A stretch of DNA of 64,000 nucleotides from Octopus sinensis (GCF_006345805.1 NC_043017.1:1674001-1738000), one strand, 5' to 3'. Numbered from the stretch's first letter, positions 12,888 through 26,324 are shown. Notes: a model not told the origin generated them from the letters alone. Translations and numbers: made by a program.

Positions 12888-13258
12888 GTAGACGTGGCTG
12901 TGTGGTAAGACGCTTGCTTCCCAACCACATGGATCCGGGTTCAGTCTCATCTTGAGATAGTGTTTTCAACTATAGCCTCAGACTGACCAGTTTTTTCTGA
13001 GTAGATTTGGTAGACGGAAAATGAAAGCCCCTCGCAAGTATATATGTGTGTGTGTATGTGTGTCTGTGATCATCCACCAGCACCATCACCACTTCCCAAC
13101 TGGTGTCGGTTTGTTTACGTCCCCATAAATTAATGATTCAGCAGAAATGACCGACTGAACAAGCACTAGAGTCGATTAATTCGACTAAACATTTTCGAAG
13201 TTCGAGACCCAGCATGGCCAAAGTCTAATGAGTGAAACAATTAAAGGATAAAGGATAT
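12888..13258 (+). mobile_element. SINE family B (tRNA-derived), degenerate full length
   Basis: gtggctgtgtggtaag..ccacatggatccgggttcagt head, gatttggtagacggaaa, ccagcatggcc..tgaaaca tail. Confidence 0.85.
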
Positions 13259-14421
13259 AATATGTGTGTGTGTTTGTATGTATGCACGTAGGCATGTATA
13301 CATATATATATATATATATATATAGATATATATATATATATACATGCCTACGTGCTTGTATGTTCTTTTTTGTTTATATATATATAGTTGTGTGTCTGCG
13401 CTTGCATGTGAATTAAAATGTAACAAAATGAAATCTCTGCAATGCATGAAAGAATGAAAGAAGAATGAACGAAAAGTTGGAAGACTAAAATAAACAAAGG
13501 AAAGAGAATAACAAATGAAGAGAGAGAAAAGAAAGAAAATAAGAACCAAACAAAGAACGCAATAAAGAATATAAAACAGACAAAGATTAAACCATGTATA
13601 AAAAAAAATATCACTGAAAGTCAGTAAACTTTTTTGTTTTCTTTTTGTTTCTATTTAAATAGGACAAAAAGTGAAAATTTTCTCAAGAATTTTCTCAATG
13701 AAAGTGAATTGAAATTAAATTGAATGAAAAATAACTTTTTCGCATTCACCAATCCTACATATTAAACCCACCTCGTCTGTCCTCAATCACACGTACATAT
13801 ACACTTACACATTATCGTGCACACCACAAACACATACATAAAACATCCACACAGACACACGCACATGCCTCAACATAAACCCACACTGAGACATGCAGCT
13901 CTACATATCATTTGAGGCCGCTTACGTTATAGACATGGAGCGGGGGTGAAATCTGGGTTGGTCTGTTGTTATTAATGCTGTTGTTACAATGGAGGTGGTG
14001 GACGTGTTCGACTTTGTTTAATTTTTTTCCCCATTTTGTTGGGATTGCGTTCGCTTTTTGCTACTTGTATTTTTACAGCATCGGTAGAAATAATCATTCC
14101 TATAAACAACGACATCTTTATCATCAATTTCCTCGATATCATTGTCGTCATCGTCGCGACTAAGCAATTTCTTGCACATCTGAGGAAGTAATTAAAATAA
14201 CAAATTGAAACGGCAAACGAATGAACAATTATACTGTGAAATTCATTAGCTCACAGCTGTTTCTTTTCTGGAGTGCAATGTACTCATGGATGAGTGCTTG
14301 AGTATCACAACTTACGTTCATCGAAGCGTTATATGTAGACGCATGCAAATGATTAATACACACACACACACACACTTATATATGTATATATATAAACATA
14401 TTTATATATGTATACTCTTAT

Positions 14422-14798
14422 ACTCTTTTACTCTTTTACTTGTTTGAGTCATTTAATTGTGGCCATTCTGGAGCACCGCCTTTAGTCGAGCAAATCGACA
14501 CCAGGACTTATTTTTGTAACGCTAGTACTTATTCTATCGGTCTCCTTTGCCGAACCTCTAAGTTACGGGGGCGTAAACACACCAGCATCGGTTGTCAAGC
14601 GATGTTGGTGGGGGCCAAACACAGACATACATACATACATATACATACGTCTTTCAGTTTCCGTCTACCAAATCCACTCACAAGGATTTGATCGGCCCGA
14701 GGCTATAGTATAAGACACTTGCCGAGGTGCCACACAGTGGGACTGAACCCATGTGGTTTGTAAGCAAGCTACTTACCACACAGCCACACCTACGTCTA
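14422..14798 (-). mobile_element. SINE family B, near full length
   Basis: Reverse complement of head, central (CATA) linker and ctcttttac tail; matches 47524-47830 and 53905-54060. Confidence 0.93.
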
Positions 14799-14863
14799 CG
14801 TATGTATAATATATATACAAATATATATGTATAGTTTACATATATATATATATTATATATATA

Positions 14864-14921
<58 letters not shown>

Positions 14922-15919
14922 CGCTGTCCGAAAGAATGGGTACATTTGTCACAAAGAATAAGACCTGTGGACGATTAGTTCAACTAAACCCGATGCTCCT
15001 GCTTGGCCGCAGTGAAATGACTGAAACAGATGAAAAAATAAAAGAACAAGTAGTAATGGCGATTGTTTACTTGTAAGTTCTGTCTTTATGGTTGATGTAA
15101 ACAGAAATGCGAGGATATATATTATCTATATATAAGAGTATTCATGTTTTCCGAAGTCATTCTTAATGGCAAAACATCGTAAGCCACAATCGCCATTAAT
15201 ATTAAGCATTAAAAGTTTTATATACAAACATACATACAATCGTATATATACAAAAACACACGCACTAATACATACATACATACATACATACATACATACA
15301 TTTATACATACGTGTGTGTGTGTGTGTATTATGTGTGTGTGTGTGTGTTTGTGTATAATCTTTTTTGATGGGGAAATTCGAAGTCGATAAAGCCACGACG
15401 TAAACATTATGTGTGTTTGCGTGCGAGCTTTGAAGATGCGAATAAGTTCAAGATAAATCTTTTTATTTTATTGGAGGTGTTTAATATATCCTTATCTTTA
15501 ATGAAAAAATTGAATCCGAACAAAGACGTGTTTCAATATAACATGTTTGGAAAGAAAAGCCGTCACCGATAATATATTCAAATATTTACATTTATATATA
15601 TATATATATATACATATATATGTGTGTATGTGTGTGTAGTATATATATATATAATATATGTATATATATATATATATAATATATATATATATATAATATA
15701 TATGTATATATATATAATATATATAATATATATATATATAAAAAATATATATATGCTTGAAGATTTATAGATAGATAAACAGATAGATAGATATGAAGTG
15801 AGGTTATTATTTTAATATCAATTTCTGATCAAACTAACAAAAAAATGAGGAATTTATACTGAATGGGTCACTCAGTACTGACAGCTTGAATCAACATGAT
15901 CTTCATTCATACATATATA

Positions 15920-15979
<60 letters not shown>

Positions 15980-16001
15980 GTATATATATGCCTATTTATA
16001 T

Positions 16002-16049
<48 letters not shown>

Positions 16050-16085
16050 TATACATATATGAATGTGTGCTTTATATATATATAT

Positions 16086-16086
<1 letters not shown>

Positions 16087-16144
<58 letters not shown>

Positions 16145-16171
16145 TATAGATAGATAGATAGATAGATAGAT

Positions 16172-16243
<72 letters not shown>
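16087..16243. repeat. (GATA)n microsatellite
   Basis: Direct reading. Confidence 0.97.
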
Positions 16244-16329
16244 TGGGGTGCGCTTGTGGACTATTTGTTCGGTAGGTGCACGTATGACCATTTGATTGTG
16301 GTTTTGGATTCCGTGCGAACAGTTGAGTT

Positions 16330-16859
16330 CCTGTTTTCCAACATGGAGGAGGATCCGTGATTTTCTGGGGTGGGGGCTATAGCTTGGAAATCCGTCGGTC
16401 CAATAGTTTCCCTTGATAGCAGAATTAATAGTGAAGACTATTTAAGCATTTTGTCTGAGCAAATTCATTCTATGTTTGCGGAACTGTTTCTGGAAGTAAA
16501 CGCAACCTTTCAGGATGATAATGCACCAATTCACACAGCTAAAATTGTTACTGAATGGTGCAAGGAACTTTCTAGTAAAGTTGAACATTTTATCTGGCCA
16601 CCACAGTCCTCGGATCTCAATATTATTGAACATTTGTGGTGCATTTTAGAAAAACAAGTAAGGAGTCGATATCCGCCATCATCACTACAAGAACTGAAGA
16701 ATGGACAAAAATTCCTTTGGAATTAATTCAAACTTTGTAGGAGTCCATACCTTTTAGAATCTAAGCTGTAAGTACTGCCAAAGGTAATCCTACTCTATAT
16801 TAAAATGAATTTATTTGAAATTTTAAGGTGTTTCTATAATTTTGTCCAACTCCTGTAGC
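16330..16859 (+). mobile_element. Tc1-type transposase C-terminal relic, DD36E spacing, with right TIR-like end
   Basis: ORF 16370-16726 FQDDNAPIHTAK...WPPQSSDLNIIEHLW; 36 residues between D and E; ends ttttgtccaactcctg-TA. Confidence 0.9.
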
Positions 16860-16907
16860 TTCTTTCTTGGTGCAAGAGAAATTCTTAGAAAAGTACATGA
16901 AGTACAT

Positions 16908-17130
16908 GAATGGTAATTACATTTGCTTGAAATTTTGGCACAAGGCCAACATTTGTTTAGATAGGGGTAAATCGATTACATCAACCCCGATTACCGCAAT
17001 TTCTTTTATCGACCCAGACAGGATGGAATGCAAATTTGAACTTTGTGGGAATATAAACTCAGAAAGCAAAGGCGGATGAAATGCCGCAAAACGTTTTGCC
17101 TGATGTTCTAAGGATACTTCAGTTCACCCT
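16908..17130 (-). mobile_element. SINE family A, degenerate
   Basis: rc tail ttggcacaaggcc, aatcgattacatcaacccc, atcgaccc. Confidence 0.75.
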
Positions 17131-17389
17131 TTGAGTGATAGTGATGAGCCCGCATGAACAAAAATGCAATGTCGAACTCTCAGAATTTGAAATCAGAACC
17201 TAAAAACATCTAACATAATTCTACATAGCAACAGGTGACGTCATGCATTCTGGCAAAACTGTTAATCTTTCTGTTTCACACAACGTAATAACGATGAAAT
17301 ATTTAAAAATTGAGCCGTTACCGTTTTTAATTTCATGATTGTGTAGCGATGTTAGTATTGTTGTTGTTGTTATTATTATTATTATTATT

Positions 17390-17600
17390 AAGGCGGTGAG
17401 CTGACAGAATCGTTATCGCGCTGGACCAAGTGCTTAGCGGTGTTTCGCCCGCCGTTATGTCCTGGGTTAAAATTATACGGAGGTCGAATTTGCCTTTCAT
17501 CCTTTCGGGGTCGATTACATAAGTACCAGCCACACACGGGGGTCGATGTAATCGACATTATCCCCTCCCCCAAGCTGCACTTTTAGCAGAAAATTGAAAT
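17390..17600 (+). mobile_element. SINE family A
   Basis: aaggcggtgagctgacagaatcgtt head, ttgcctttcatcctttcggggtcga body, following an (ATT)n tract. Confidence 0.88.
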
Positions 17601-18666
17601 CATCATCATTTTATTATTATTATTATATTATTATTATTATTATTATATTATTATTATTATTATTATCATCATCATCATCATCACAATCATCATCCTCATC
17701 TTGTCTTTTTCTTGTATTAATCTTTCTCGTTATCATAAAACTGGATATCAATAACTCACAGTCAGAAGAGATCGAATTCCTTATTCCTAATCTATCGGTT
17801 TTAGCAAGGCCATATTTTAACAATTACATCCATTTTGCTTCGGAAATAATATCAATTAACCCAACGTCGAAGTAATTATGTAGTTTCATTATGGCATTTA
17901 ATTAAAATAATACGCGCGCACAAATGGATGGATAGTGTTTTTGATTTTGATTTGGGATTAGGTTTGTCTTTGGTTTAGTAGTTATTATCTTTTTTTTGTG
18001 TGTATTTTTTTCATTTTTACTGTTATTTCATTACCGTTCAATTAGCATTTTTGCGTTGTATTTTCGAAATATTTCTTATCTGATGTTATTGTGTACTTTT
18101 TATATGCTTCCATCTTTCTTTGGGTCTTAAATTACTTGCAGACAAACGTATCACATATTTAATTAAATGTTATAATCGTTTCTCCATTTTGTGGGTTTGG
18201 AAAGATAAGGTGGGGGAGGAGCATGTTTTCTTCGTTATTCGCAAATGGTTTGTCAGGAGAAAATTTTTTAAAATCTCATAGCGCTTCTTATTACGTTTTT
18301 TGTAGTTTCAACTAAATCTTTAAACCGCCTCGTATGCAAAGCAATATATCCGATAATCGAATATGGTTTGCAGCAGACAAAAGCCACATTACAAATCCCC
18401 TTAAGGTGTTTTATTCTATGAATATCGATCATAGTTGGGGTAAAGCTTGAAATAATATTTACAGTGCTGTTTCAAATATGATTGACACACTTTCCCCGTA
18501 GAGAAAATTTCAAGAAAATAGTTGTGCGTCTATTTTGAAAAGATTTATTCAGTAAAGCCCTGAAGGGCTTAAGTTCGGATCAGTTTAAGTTGGCATGGAA
18601 TTACAATGAGTAAATAGAACTGCAATACATGGTTAGAACTGTATTTCTCTGTATATGATTCGGTTT

Positions 18667-18825
18667 AAAGTTTTAGCTTACAATGCTAAAATGTAAAGAG
18701 AAGGTGTATGTAACTTTTACAGGTTTAGCTTACCCTGCTAAAACGTTAAGAGAAGATATGTGTAACTTTCAAAGATTTGCCTTACACAGCTAATACGAAA
18801 ACAGAAAATATATATGTAATTTTAA
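18667..18825. repeat. Diverged 52-bp minisatellite, 3 copies
   Basis: tagctta/tagctta/tgcctta at 18674, 18726, 18778. Confidence 0.8.
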
Positions 18826-19169
18826 AAAATATTGTCGACACATATTATTTGCGTACAATAAGTAAAACACGGCCCCTACTTACTTTACCACGCCCACAAA
18901 ATTGAGGAATGGCAAATCAACGACAATATCTACAATTAGATAGTCAGACAATATATTTTAACTTCGGCAACGGGGTTCGTGTTTGTAACTTTTCGCTTGG
19001 GATTCTGAAAAAAATCACTTCGAAAAAATCACTTTCAGTGATGTGATCCTCGTTGATTTTAATCCCTGGACATTTCTAATCCTCTAGACGTAGTATTAAA
19101 GGCACTGCAACCATCACAACAATCATATATTATATTTCTTTTATCTTTCTAAGAGTGCCAAGCATTCTG

Positions 19170-20095
19170 TTACCATACTACAACAAGTAACCTTAGATGC
19201 CAAGAACCCTCCTAAGCATCCCAGCTGTCCCTAATAACACTGTTGTACAAAACTGGGTTTTATGTCTCTTTCCTATATCCATCTGCTCAAATATTTAGGG
19301 ATAGTTCCCAATGCACCTATAACAACTGGGGTACATTTTACCCGCACCTTCCATAGTCTCTGTAATTCAATATCTAGGTCCTGATACTTTGCTGTTTTTT
19401 CTAAACTCTCCGTATTAATGTTTTCATCATTTGAGACTGTAAAGTCAATTAACTGGCCCTTTTATATCTCATTATCTTCTACTACCAAATCAGGCTTTCT
19501 AGCTTCCATAACTCTGTCAGTCTGTATGTTAATGTCCCACGATATCTTGTATCTCTTACTTTCTTGTCCTTTACTCAGGTTTATGTTCATACCATATATT
19601 AGTATGTTCAAATCGTAGCTTTCTACATAACTCACAGTGGATTATTCTCCCTGTGTTGTCACATTTTCATGCATTCTTTCTGTGCCTGCAGGATACATTC
19701 ACTTACTATATGAGTAACGCTTGACCTGCCACTCTGATAATTTGTGTTCTTTTTTCTGGTTTTTAAGTTCGTTTGGTATTTTAGTTTCCCTAAGTCTTGC
19801 TGTGATTCTAGTACTTTTTAATAAACTATCAACACTGTTACCTAAGAGTCTATATCCATTCAAGCAAACTCATTGCAGTCTTCTACTGATATTAACCGTA
19901 TTCTCCCTTGCTTTCTAGGTAGGTGTAATCTTGCTATTCCTGCCCTTGAGTGGCTTCTTCCATTCATATTGAAGTCCTTGCTAGTTCCTCTGTTAGCTTT
20001 GCTATTGCAATTTTTCTAAAATCTACAAAAGCTGCTGAGTATGTATTTATAGCTTCCACTAGATTTGGACTAGATTTACAAACTTCACTAGATTC
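19170..20095 (-). mobile_element. R4/Dong-clade non-LTR retrotransposon, decayed 3' part with restriction-like endonuclease domain
   Basis: Minus-strand peptides AINTY, RLHLPRKQG..LISVEDC, IHCELCRK, WYEHKPE, RKPDLVV, KYQDLDIELQRLWKV..PVVIGALGTIPK. Confidence 0.85.
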
Positions 20096-20111
20096 ACTAT
20101 TATTATTATTA

Positions 20112-20154
<43 letters not shown>

Positions 20155-20206
20155 TTGGTATTATTATCATCATCATCATCATCATCAGTACTGTTGTCTT
20201 ATATAC

Positions 20207-20388
20207 TTTTCTACTCTAGGAACAAAGCCCGAAATTTTGAGGAGGGTGGGGCAGTCGATTAGATCGACCCAGAAAGGATGAAAAGTAAAGTCGACCTCGG
20301 TGGAATTTGAACTCCGAACGTAAAGACAGACGAAATACCGCTAAGCATTTCGTCCGACATGCTAACGTTTCTGCCAGTTCGCCGCCTT
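20207..20388 (-). mobile_element. SINE family A with internal deletion
   Basis: rc head aaggcggcgaactggcagaaacgttagc; body gtcgacctcggtggaatttgaactc. Confidence 0.88.
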
Positions 20389-20474
20389 ACTGTTATCTCA
20401 TAAACGCACAACAGATTATTCTGTTGGGCAAAGAAATACTTGTAATATCGGGCTACAACAATTAACATTACATG

Positions 20475-20685
20475 ACGAGAATCCTCCTAATTATTCTAGT
20501 TGTTGTTTTTAATAACACTGTTTGCTGGGGATGTTCTAAACTAGGTTTTATATCTATTTCCTCCGTCCATCACTTCAAATCTTAAGGAATAATTCCTAAT
20601 GCACCTATAACTACAGGGGTACATTTTACCTGTACTTTCCGTAGTCTCTGTAATTCAACGGCAAGATTCGGGTAGTTTTCTATTT
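20475..20685 (-). mobile_element. Second short R4/Dong 3' fragment
   Basis: aatgcacctataac..gggtacattttacc..tagtctctgtaattcaa is homologous to 19310-19375. Confidence 0.75.
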
Positions 20686-20759
20686 TCTATACGTGTGTGT
20701 TTGGGTGTGTGTATATGTATGAGAGTGTGAGTCTTAATTTTGGCACCGATGTGTGGATG

Positions 20760-21083
20760 TAGATTGGCGGTTTTAAGAAGAAAATTGCTGCATTTGTGTC
20801 TTGTTTTTGTTGTTGAAATGTTGAAGAATGGCCAGTGTGGAAAAAAATTAAAGGAGCAGGGCTCTTGCTCTGTTGATCAGGCACCCGTGGATTTTGTAGA
20901 TTTTTCACGAGGACCTTAAAGCGCCTCCCCTATTGGAAGTTTTAATTTGTTTAATTTTGTTTTTTATTCATTTTTTTTTACACACCGTAAAACCCATTGT
21001 ATCGTCCAGTTTTTGTCTTTTATGTTGTTGCATGTAATTTAATGTTATTTTATGTAAGCCCTTGTGGCAAATGAAAGAAATAA
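20760..21083 (+). mobile_element. Probable LINE 3' end/UTR ending in the tail shared with SINE-A
   Basis: Ends gcccttgtggcaaatgaaagaaataa; clade (Tx1/L1-like) is only a guess. Confidence 0.35.
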
Positions 21084-22057
21084 TTGCTATTATTACTTCA
21101 ACTGTTAAATTGTCATTTTGAGAGTTTAAGGGGAGATTTATTCTGAGTGTGTATGCGTATTAGTACGTCTCTATATTTATGTAGTATGTTTGAGTCAGTA
21201 TGAATATCTACGTATGTGTCCAAGTATGTACGTGTGTAAGTATATGTGTATCTGTAACTTATTAATGACATTATTAACCCTTACATTATACTTTCTACAG
21301 ATTCAGTTTTTATCCCCCTAATCTAATCATTAATTGCATCATACTGCAGGCACTATCAACTTATCACACACACACACACACTTCATTCGTAATGTAAATT
21401 TAAAAAACATTTTCAAAAATTCATTTCATTTTTATATTGCATGGAAGAATACTTAAATTTTACTAAATTGTTAATTAATCAGTAATTTGTTTTATTGTTA
21501 GAATTTGTTATATGCTTCTAACATTTTACTTGGTTTCTTTCGCTTTATTTTGCATGTCTGTGAGTTTGATTGCGATTATAACTTGATTATTTGAAGTACT
21601 GGCTTTGAGTGATATAGTAACACAAAATATTATTTAGCAAACGTGACAACTTGATGGATAGATGGATAGACAGATAGATAAACAGACAGACAGAAAATGA
21701 GAAAGATAGAGAAACAGTGTGAGAGAGGCATGGGTAGAGAGATATACATATGTAATATTAAAACATACTCGTTTAGTTGGATATAAAGATTGTCTTTCGG
21801 TATAAATACTGCTTGTATCGCTAATACACTCTCACACAAATGCATACATACACACACACGCACATACACACAATTCAACAATGATATAATTAAATCATAC
21901 TGTGTAGAAAAAATTAATTATACGATAAAACATTTACCTAGAACTAAATAAAGTACAAAATGATTTAAAAAATAGTATATAATTAGTATATTATATATTA
22001 TTAAATTTGATTTAGTTTTACTAAATTATATTTTTCCCTGTAAGTTTGGAATTCCCG

Positions 22058-22100
<43 letters not shown>

Positions 22101-22239
22101 ATTATATATATATATATATATACATACATATATACATACATACATACATACATACATACATACATACATACATACATACATGCATATATACATACGTACA
22201 TGCATTGATACATACACACACATACACATGTATATATAA

Positions 22240-22387
22240 CGGGTTTCTTCCAGTTTCCGTCTAACACTTCAGAGGATTTGATAGCCCCGATGCTGTAGTA
22301 GAAGACACTTGGTCAGTGTTCAACGGAGTAGGACTGAACCGGAAACCATGTGGTCGGGAATCTAGCTCCTTACCACACAGTCACGCT
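22240..22387 (-). mobile_element. SINE family B 5' half
   Basis: gggtttcttccagtttccgtcta..ggactgaaccggaaaccatgtgg..cttaccacacag. Confidence 0.82.
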
Positions 22388-24180
22388 TAGTTGCGAATGA
22401 AAAGTTAAAAACAAAGTATCGCATTATGTTCTTATTTCTAGGCATAATCTGTGTAACGCTTTAACCTGGAGTTTTCCTACACAGGATAAAATTACGTCAT
22501 ACGAACGTAAACACACAGCGGGGTACTTATTACCGGATATTCGTCAAGTTGTTTACGAAGTATACGAAAATATGCACGAATGTACTAATATTTAGTTGAC
22601 AACAGCATTATTCACATAAAGCCTCTGTTGTTTCCTCTCGGATACGGCGCTGACGGCATGAAAAATATCACGTGCCTGTGCACATGTCATAGTACATTTT
22701 TAAATGTGACGCTATTTAGGACGGTTCTTTTTCAGTAACATAACAAATATATCATGTGTCGATGTACTGTAAACCTGTTGGATTTCCATCTGTTTTTGAA
22801 ATTTGGGATACGTACGTTCATACATGTACATTCATGAACTCAGATTCACAGACAGAGAGAGACACACACACATATACACACACTAACATACACCCACCCA
22901 ATATATATGTATGTATATATATACATACATACACACACACATATATATATATAATGTTTACTTCGACAAATGTAAACACAAATGGTTTTTAACTGTAGAA
23001 CACGAAACAGATGAAGATTTAAATATCGCTGAAATAGATTCAAACCGATATATTACACACACATACACACACTCACTCACTTACTCACTCACACATACAC
23101 ATATACGCGTATACATACAGGCATGCACATATACACATACATTTATACATATATATGTACACTCACACACACACACAAACACACACATACATATATGCAA
23201 ACGTTGAGATGAGAAAACAAATGCGTTTGTTGCTTTAAATGAGTTACTCTCAAGTAGCGTTTCAGCCGATTCAGTATCCGCATTCGTGTTTATTCCATCA
23301 ATATTCATTACATCGTATTAATATATTAGTGTTTAACGATGTGTTAATAATCGAGCTTTTAAATACCCCTGGATGTATTTTATGATGGTTAAACAAAGAA
23401 TATTCATATGTAGAACATTTTTTAATTAAAAATAAATCGGGTTACGAGAAAATAACATGAATTTAAAATGTATTCATGACAATATAAATGAATACGCATT
23501 GCGATGTGTGCTGACAACACGTTTCGTCTAAATAGAGATGGAGTATAAAAACGAAAGAGAAGAATGGGGTTCAATAATGTAACAGAACAACAATATAACA
23601 ATAATATATTTTGCATAGTGCAAACAATATATGGCATGATCTCTGTTTCTTCCAGCGGGTGTATATAATCACTCAACTGAGGGCCCACTCTGAATTTCAT
23701 ATATAGATGAGCTGTTCAGAACGTTTGGAAGCAGCACATCGACGAGTGAATCTTGGAGTAGACTGTCAAATATTATACTCTATATTTATATTTAATCGCA
23801 GGATTCGTAGAGTTTAGGTATTTCAACGTGTAAACCCCAGGAAAACGCCCGTAAACCCCGGGCAGTGGGGTTGCAATATTCACTTGTTCCCTCGTTCTGT
23901 ACTGCGGGTATATATCTCCACGTCCATCCGAATATAAACACACATAGTGAAATGCAAATTTACATATATAGGCCCGAGATTCAATACGATATGTAGATCT
24001 AAGCGATTGACGGTTCCAAGTTTATCGTATAAATAAAAGAACACAAATGGTGTTTAAAATTTAAAAAATGCTGTTTCCGCATAATTGTATTCATGAATAC
24101 TTCTATCATATCCTAACAAAGGTCCACCGTTTTCAAAATGCTTTAATCAAAGAGAGAGGAAACATGCTTGGTGGGTTAAA

Positions 24181-24261
24181 ATCACCTGAAGATGGCGGAT
24201 ATTTGTCATGGTGTGATGCAAGAATTAATGAATATAATGCAGCTGAAACAGCTGTGGTGAA
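24181..24261 (+). ncRNA. Decayed type-I hammerhead with long loop II
   Basis: aUCAC CUGAAGA ...~50 nt... cagcu GAA ACAGCUGU g GUGAa; core and palindromic stem III intact but G at position 17. Confidence 0.55.
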
Positions 24262-24345
24262 TTTTTTAATCCCATCTCTGTTCTTCTTTTCATTCACACC
24301 CACAGATATAAGTGTTTATATAGATATTTGTTCACGCTGGCGCAC

Positions 24346-24394
<49 letters not shown>

Positions 24395-24421
24395 GAGAGA
24401 GAGAGAGAGAGAGAGAGAGAG

Positions 24422-24455
<34 letters not shown>

Positions 24456-24464
24456 GATAAGCAC

Positions 24465-24720
24465 ACATAGTGAATTGTATATTAATCGAGGAATGTGAAG
24501 ACGCAGGCTGGAAAACTGCGCATTTTCCAATCGAAGTCGGATGTAGAGGGTTCCTTGGACACAGTGTGAGACGACTGTTGTTATCGTTAGGCCTAGCTCA
24601 TCGTAAAGTCAATAACACTATGACCGATATCCAAACTACAGTGGAGAAGGCTAGCCACTGGATTTGGTTAAAAAGGGACGATGAGCGATGGCTAGAAGAA
24701 TATTGAGCTTTATTTGATAA
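24465..24720 (+). mobile_element. Hero-like RLE non-LTR retrotransposon 3' end
   Basis: ORF 24470-24706 EECEDAGWKTAHFPIEVGCRGF...EKASHWIWLKR matches the IEVGCRGF/WLWIKR C-terminus typical of Hero elements. Confidence 0.7.
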
Positions 24721-25021
24721 CCAGTTGAGCTAGCAGGCTGGGCCTCATATCAGTGAGTGGGGCCGGTGTGCATTCATGCCGACGAGAGGTAGGCCCCGAA
24801 AAAGCGCGCATTTATCAGAGAGAGAATTACATGGGTGTGTATTTTTTTTCATTTTTGACCATTCCATTTGGTATTTAATTTTTGATTATTCCAGTCCCCT
24901 TAGGAGGTCTGCCAGTGAGGTCACGTATCGTCTATTTATTTTTCGGAATGGCGAGATATGGTTTCGATAACCGACTTTGAATTGGTTTTCCGTGGCCGAA
25001 TGCCCTAACCAAATATATAAA

Positions 25022-25172
25022 ACAGGGTTTCTGTCTGCCAATTCACTCACAAGGATTTGGTCAGCCCGAGGCTATAGTAAAAGACACGTGCCCAAGGTGC
25101 AACGTAGTGAGACTGAATTTGGAACCATGTGGTTGGAAAGCAACCTGCTTACCACACAGCCACGCTTGCGCC
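25022..25172 (-). mobile_element. SINE family B 5' half
   Basis: cactcacaagg..gcccgaggctatag..accatgtggttgg..accacacagccac. Confidence 0.85.
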
Positions 25173-25917
25173 TCTGTATGTATCAATATGCAGATATAGA
25201 TATTTATAAGAGATTTACGTATTTGATGATATATTCAATCATTTCCATAATTGAAAAACATTGAACTCAGGAAATTTTAATCAATAATAACCAGCTGCTA
25301 ATAAAGTATATAGACTCTCCAATATGACCTTAAGAACGTTCGAAGTCGTTTATATATAAATAGTAGACTTTCAGCATACTCTCTGCGTGTGTAGTTTTTC
25401 TAATTTATTTTGCCAAAATTAGTTCGATTATCCACTGAACTACAACCAATATTATTTTCTTAGATGTTTGATTTTGTTTCAGTGCTTCCAAATATACAGA
25501 TATAAATAGGTTTATGTTTCAATGTATGTATATCTGAATATATGTATATATGAGCATGTATGCATGTGCATGGGTATATATACATACACACACATACAGG
25601 TATATATATATGCGTGTGTGTATATTTGCATGTGAATATACATATATGTGTGTGTATGTGTATATATATATATATAATCATTTTATATATATAATGTAAT
25701 GTATAATCATTTTATTTATATATATATATATTATATATATATATATATTATATATATATATAATCATTTTCTTTATTTAAATACTTAATTATTCATTTCA
25801 TTTTAGAGATAGGATTCTAATATTGTAATTTGCCAAAAGGTAAATATGAAACTTGAGAATTCACTTATGAAAATAAGAAAACAAGTCAAAATCAAAATCG
25901 TTTATAAATATTAATGA

Positions 25918-26066
25918 ATAGAAGAAGAAGAAGAAGAAGAAGAAGAAGAAGAAGAAGAAGAAGAAGAAGAAGAAGAAGACGAAGAAGAAGAAGAAAAAGA
26001 AGAAGAAGAAGAAGAAGAAGAAGAAGAAGAAGAAGAAGAAGAAGAAGAAGAAGAAGAAGAAGAAGA
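25918..26066. repeat. (GAA)n microsatellite
   Basis: Direct reading; explains the poly-Arg ORF. Confidence 0.98.
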
Positions 26067-26245
26067 CTCATAAATACGTTAATACTTTTTTTTTAATTCG
26101 TACATCTATATTATCACAACGGTACTAAAAGTCACGCAGATACAGACTCTCACGCGTACACACAGACAGACCCAAACACGCCCACACATGTACATACAAA
26201 TGATATTTATGAGTTTATGAGTGTGTGCGTGTATATCTATATATC

Positions 26246-26324
<79 letters not shown>

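Noticed and set aside
14245-14292. Minus-strand GAAACAGCTGT resembling the 35138 family
   Set aside because: Core reads TCCATGA, position 17 is G and stem I is out of register; too decayed to count
23640-23780. Strong splice-acceptor-like tctctgtttcttccag
   Set aside because: All three frames hit stops soon after and no good donor
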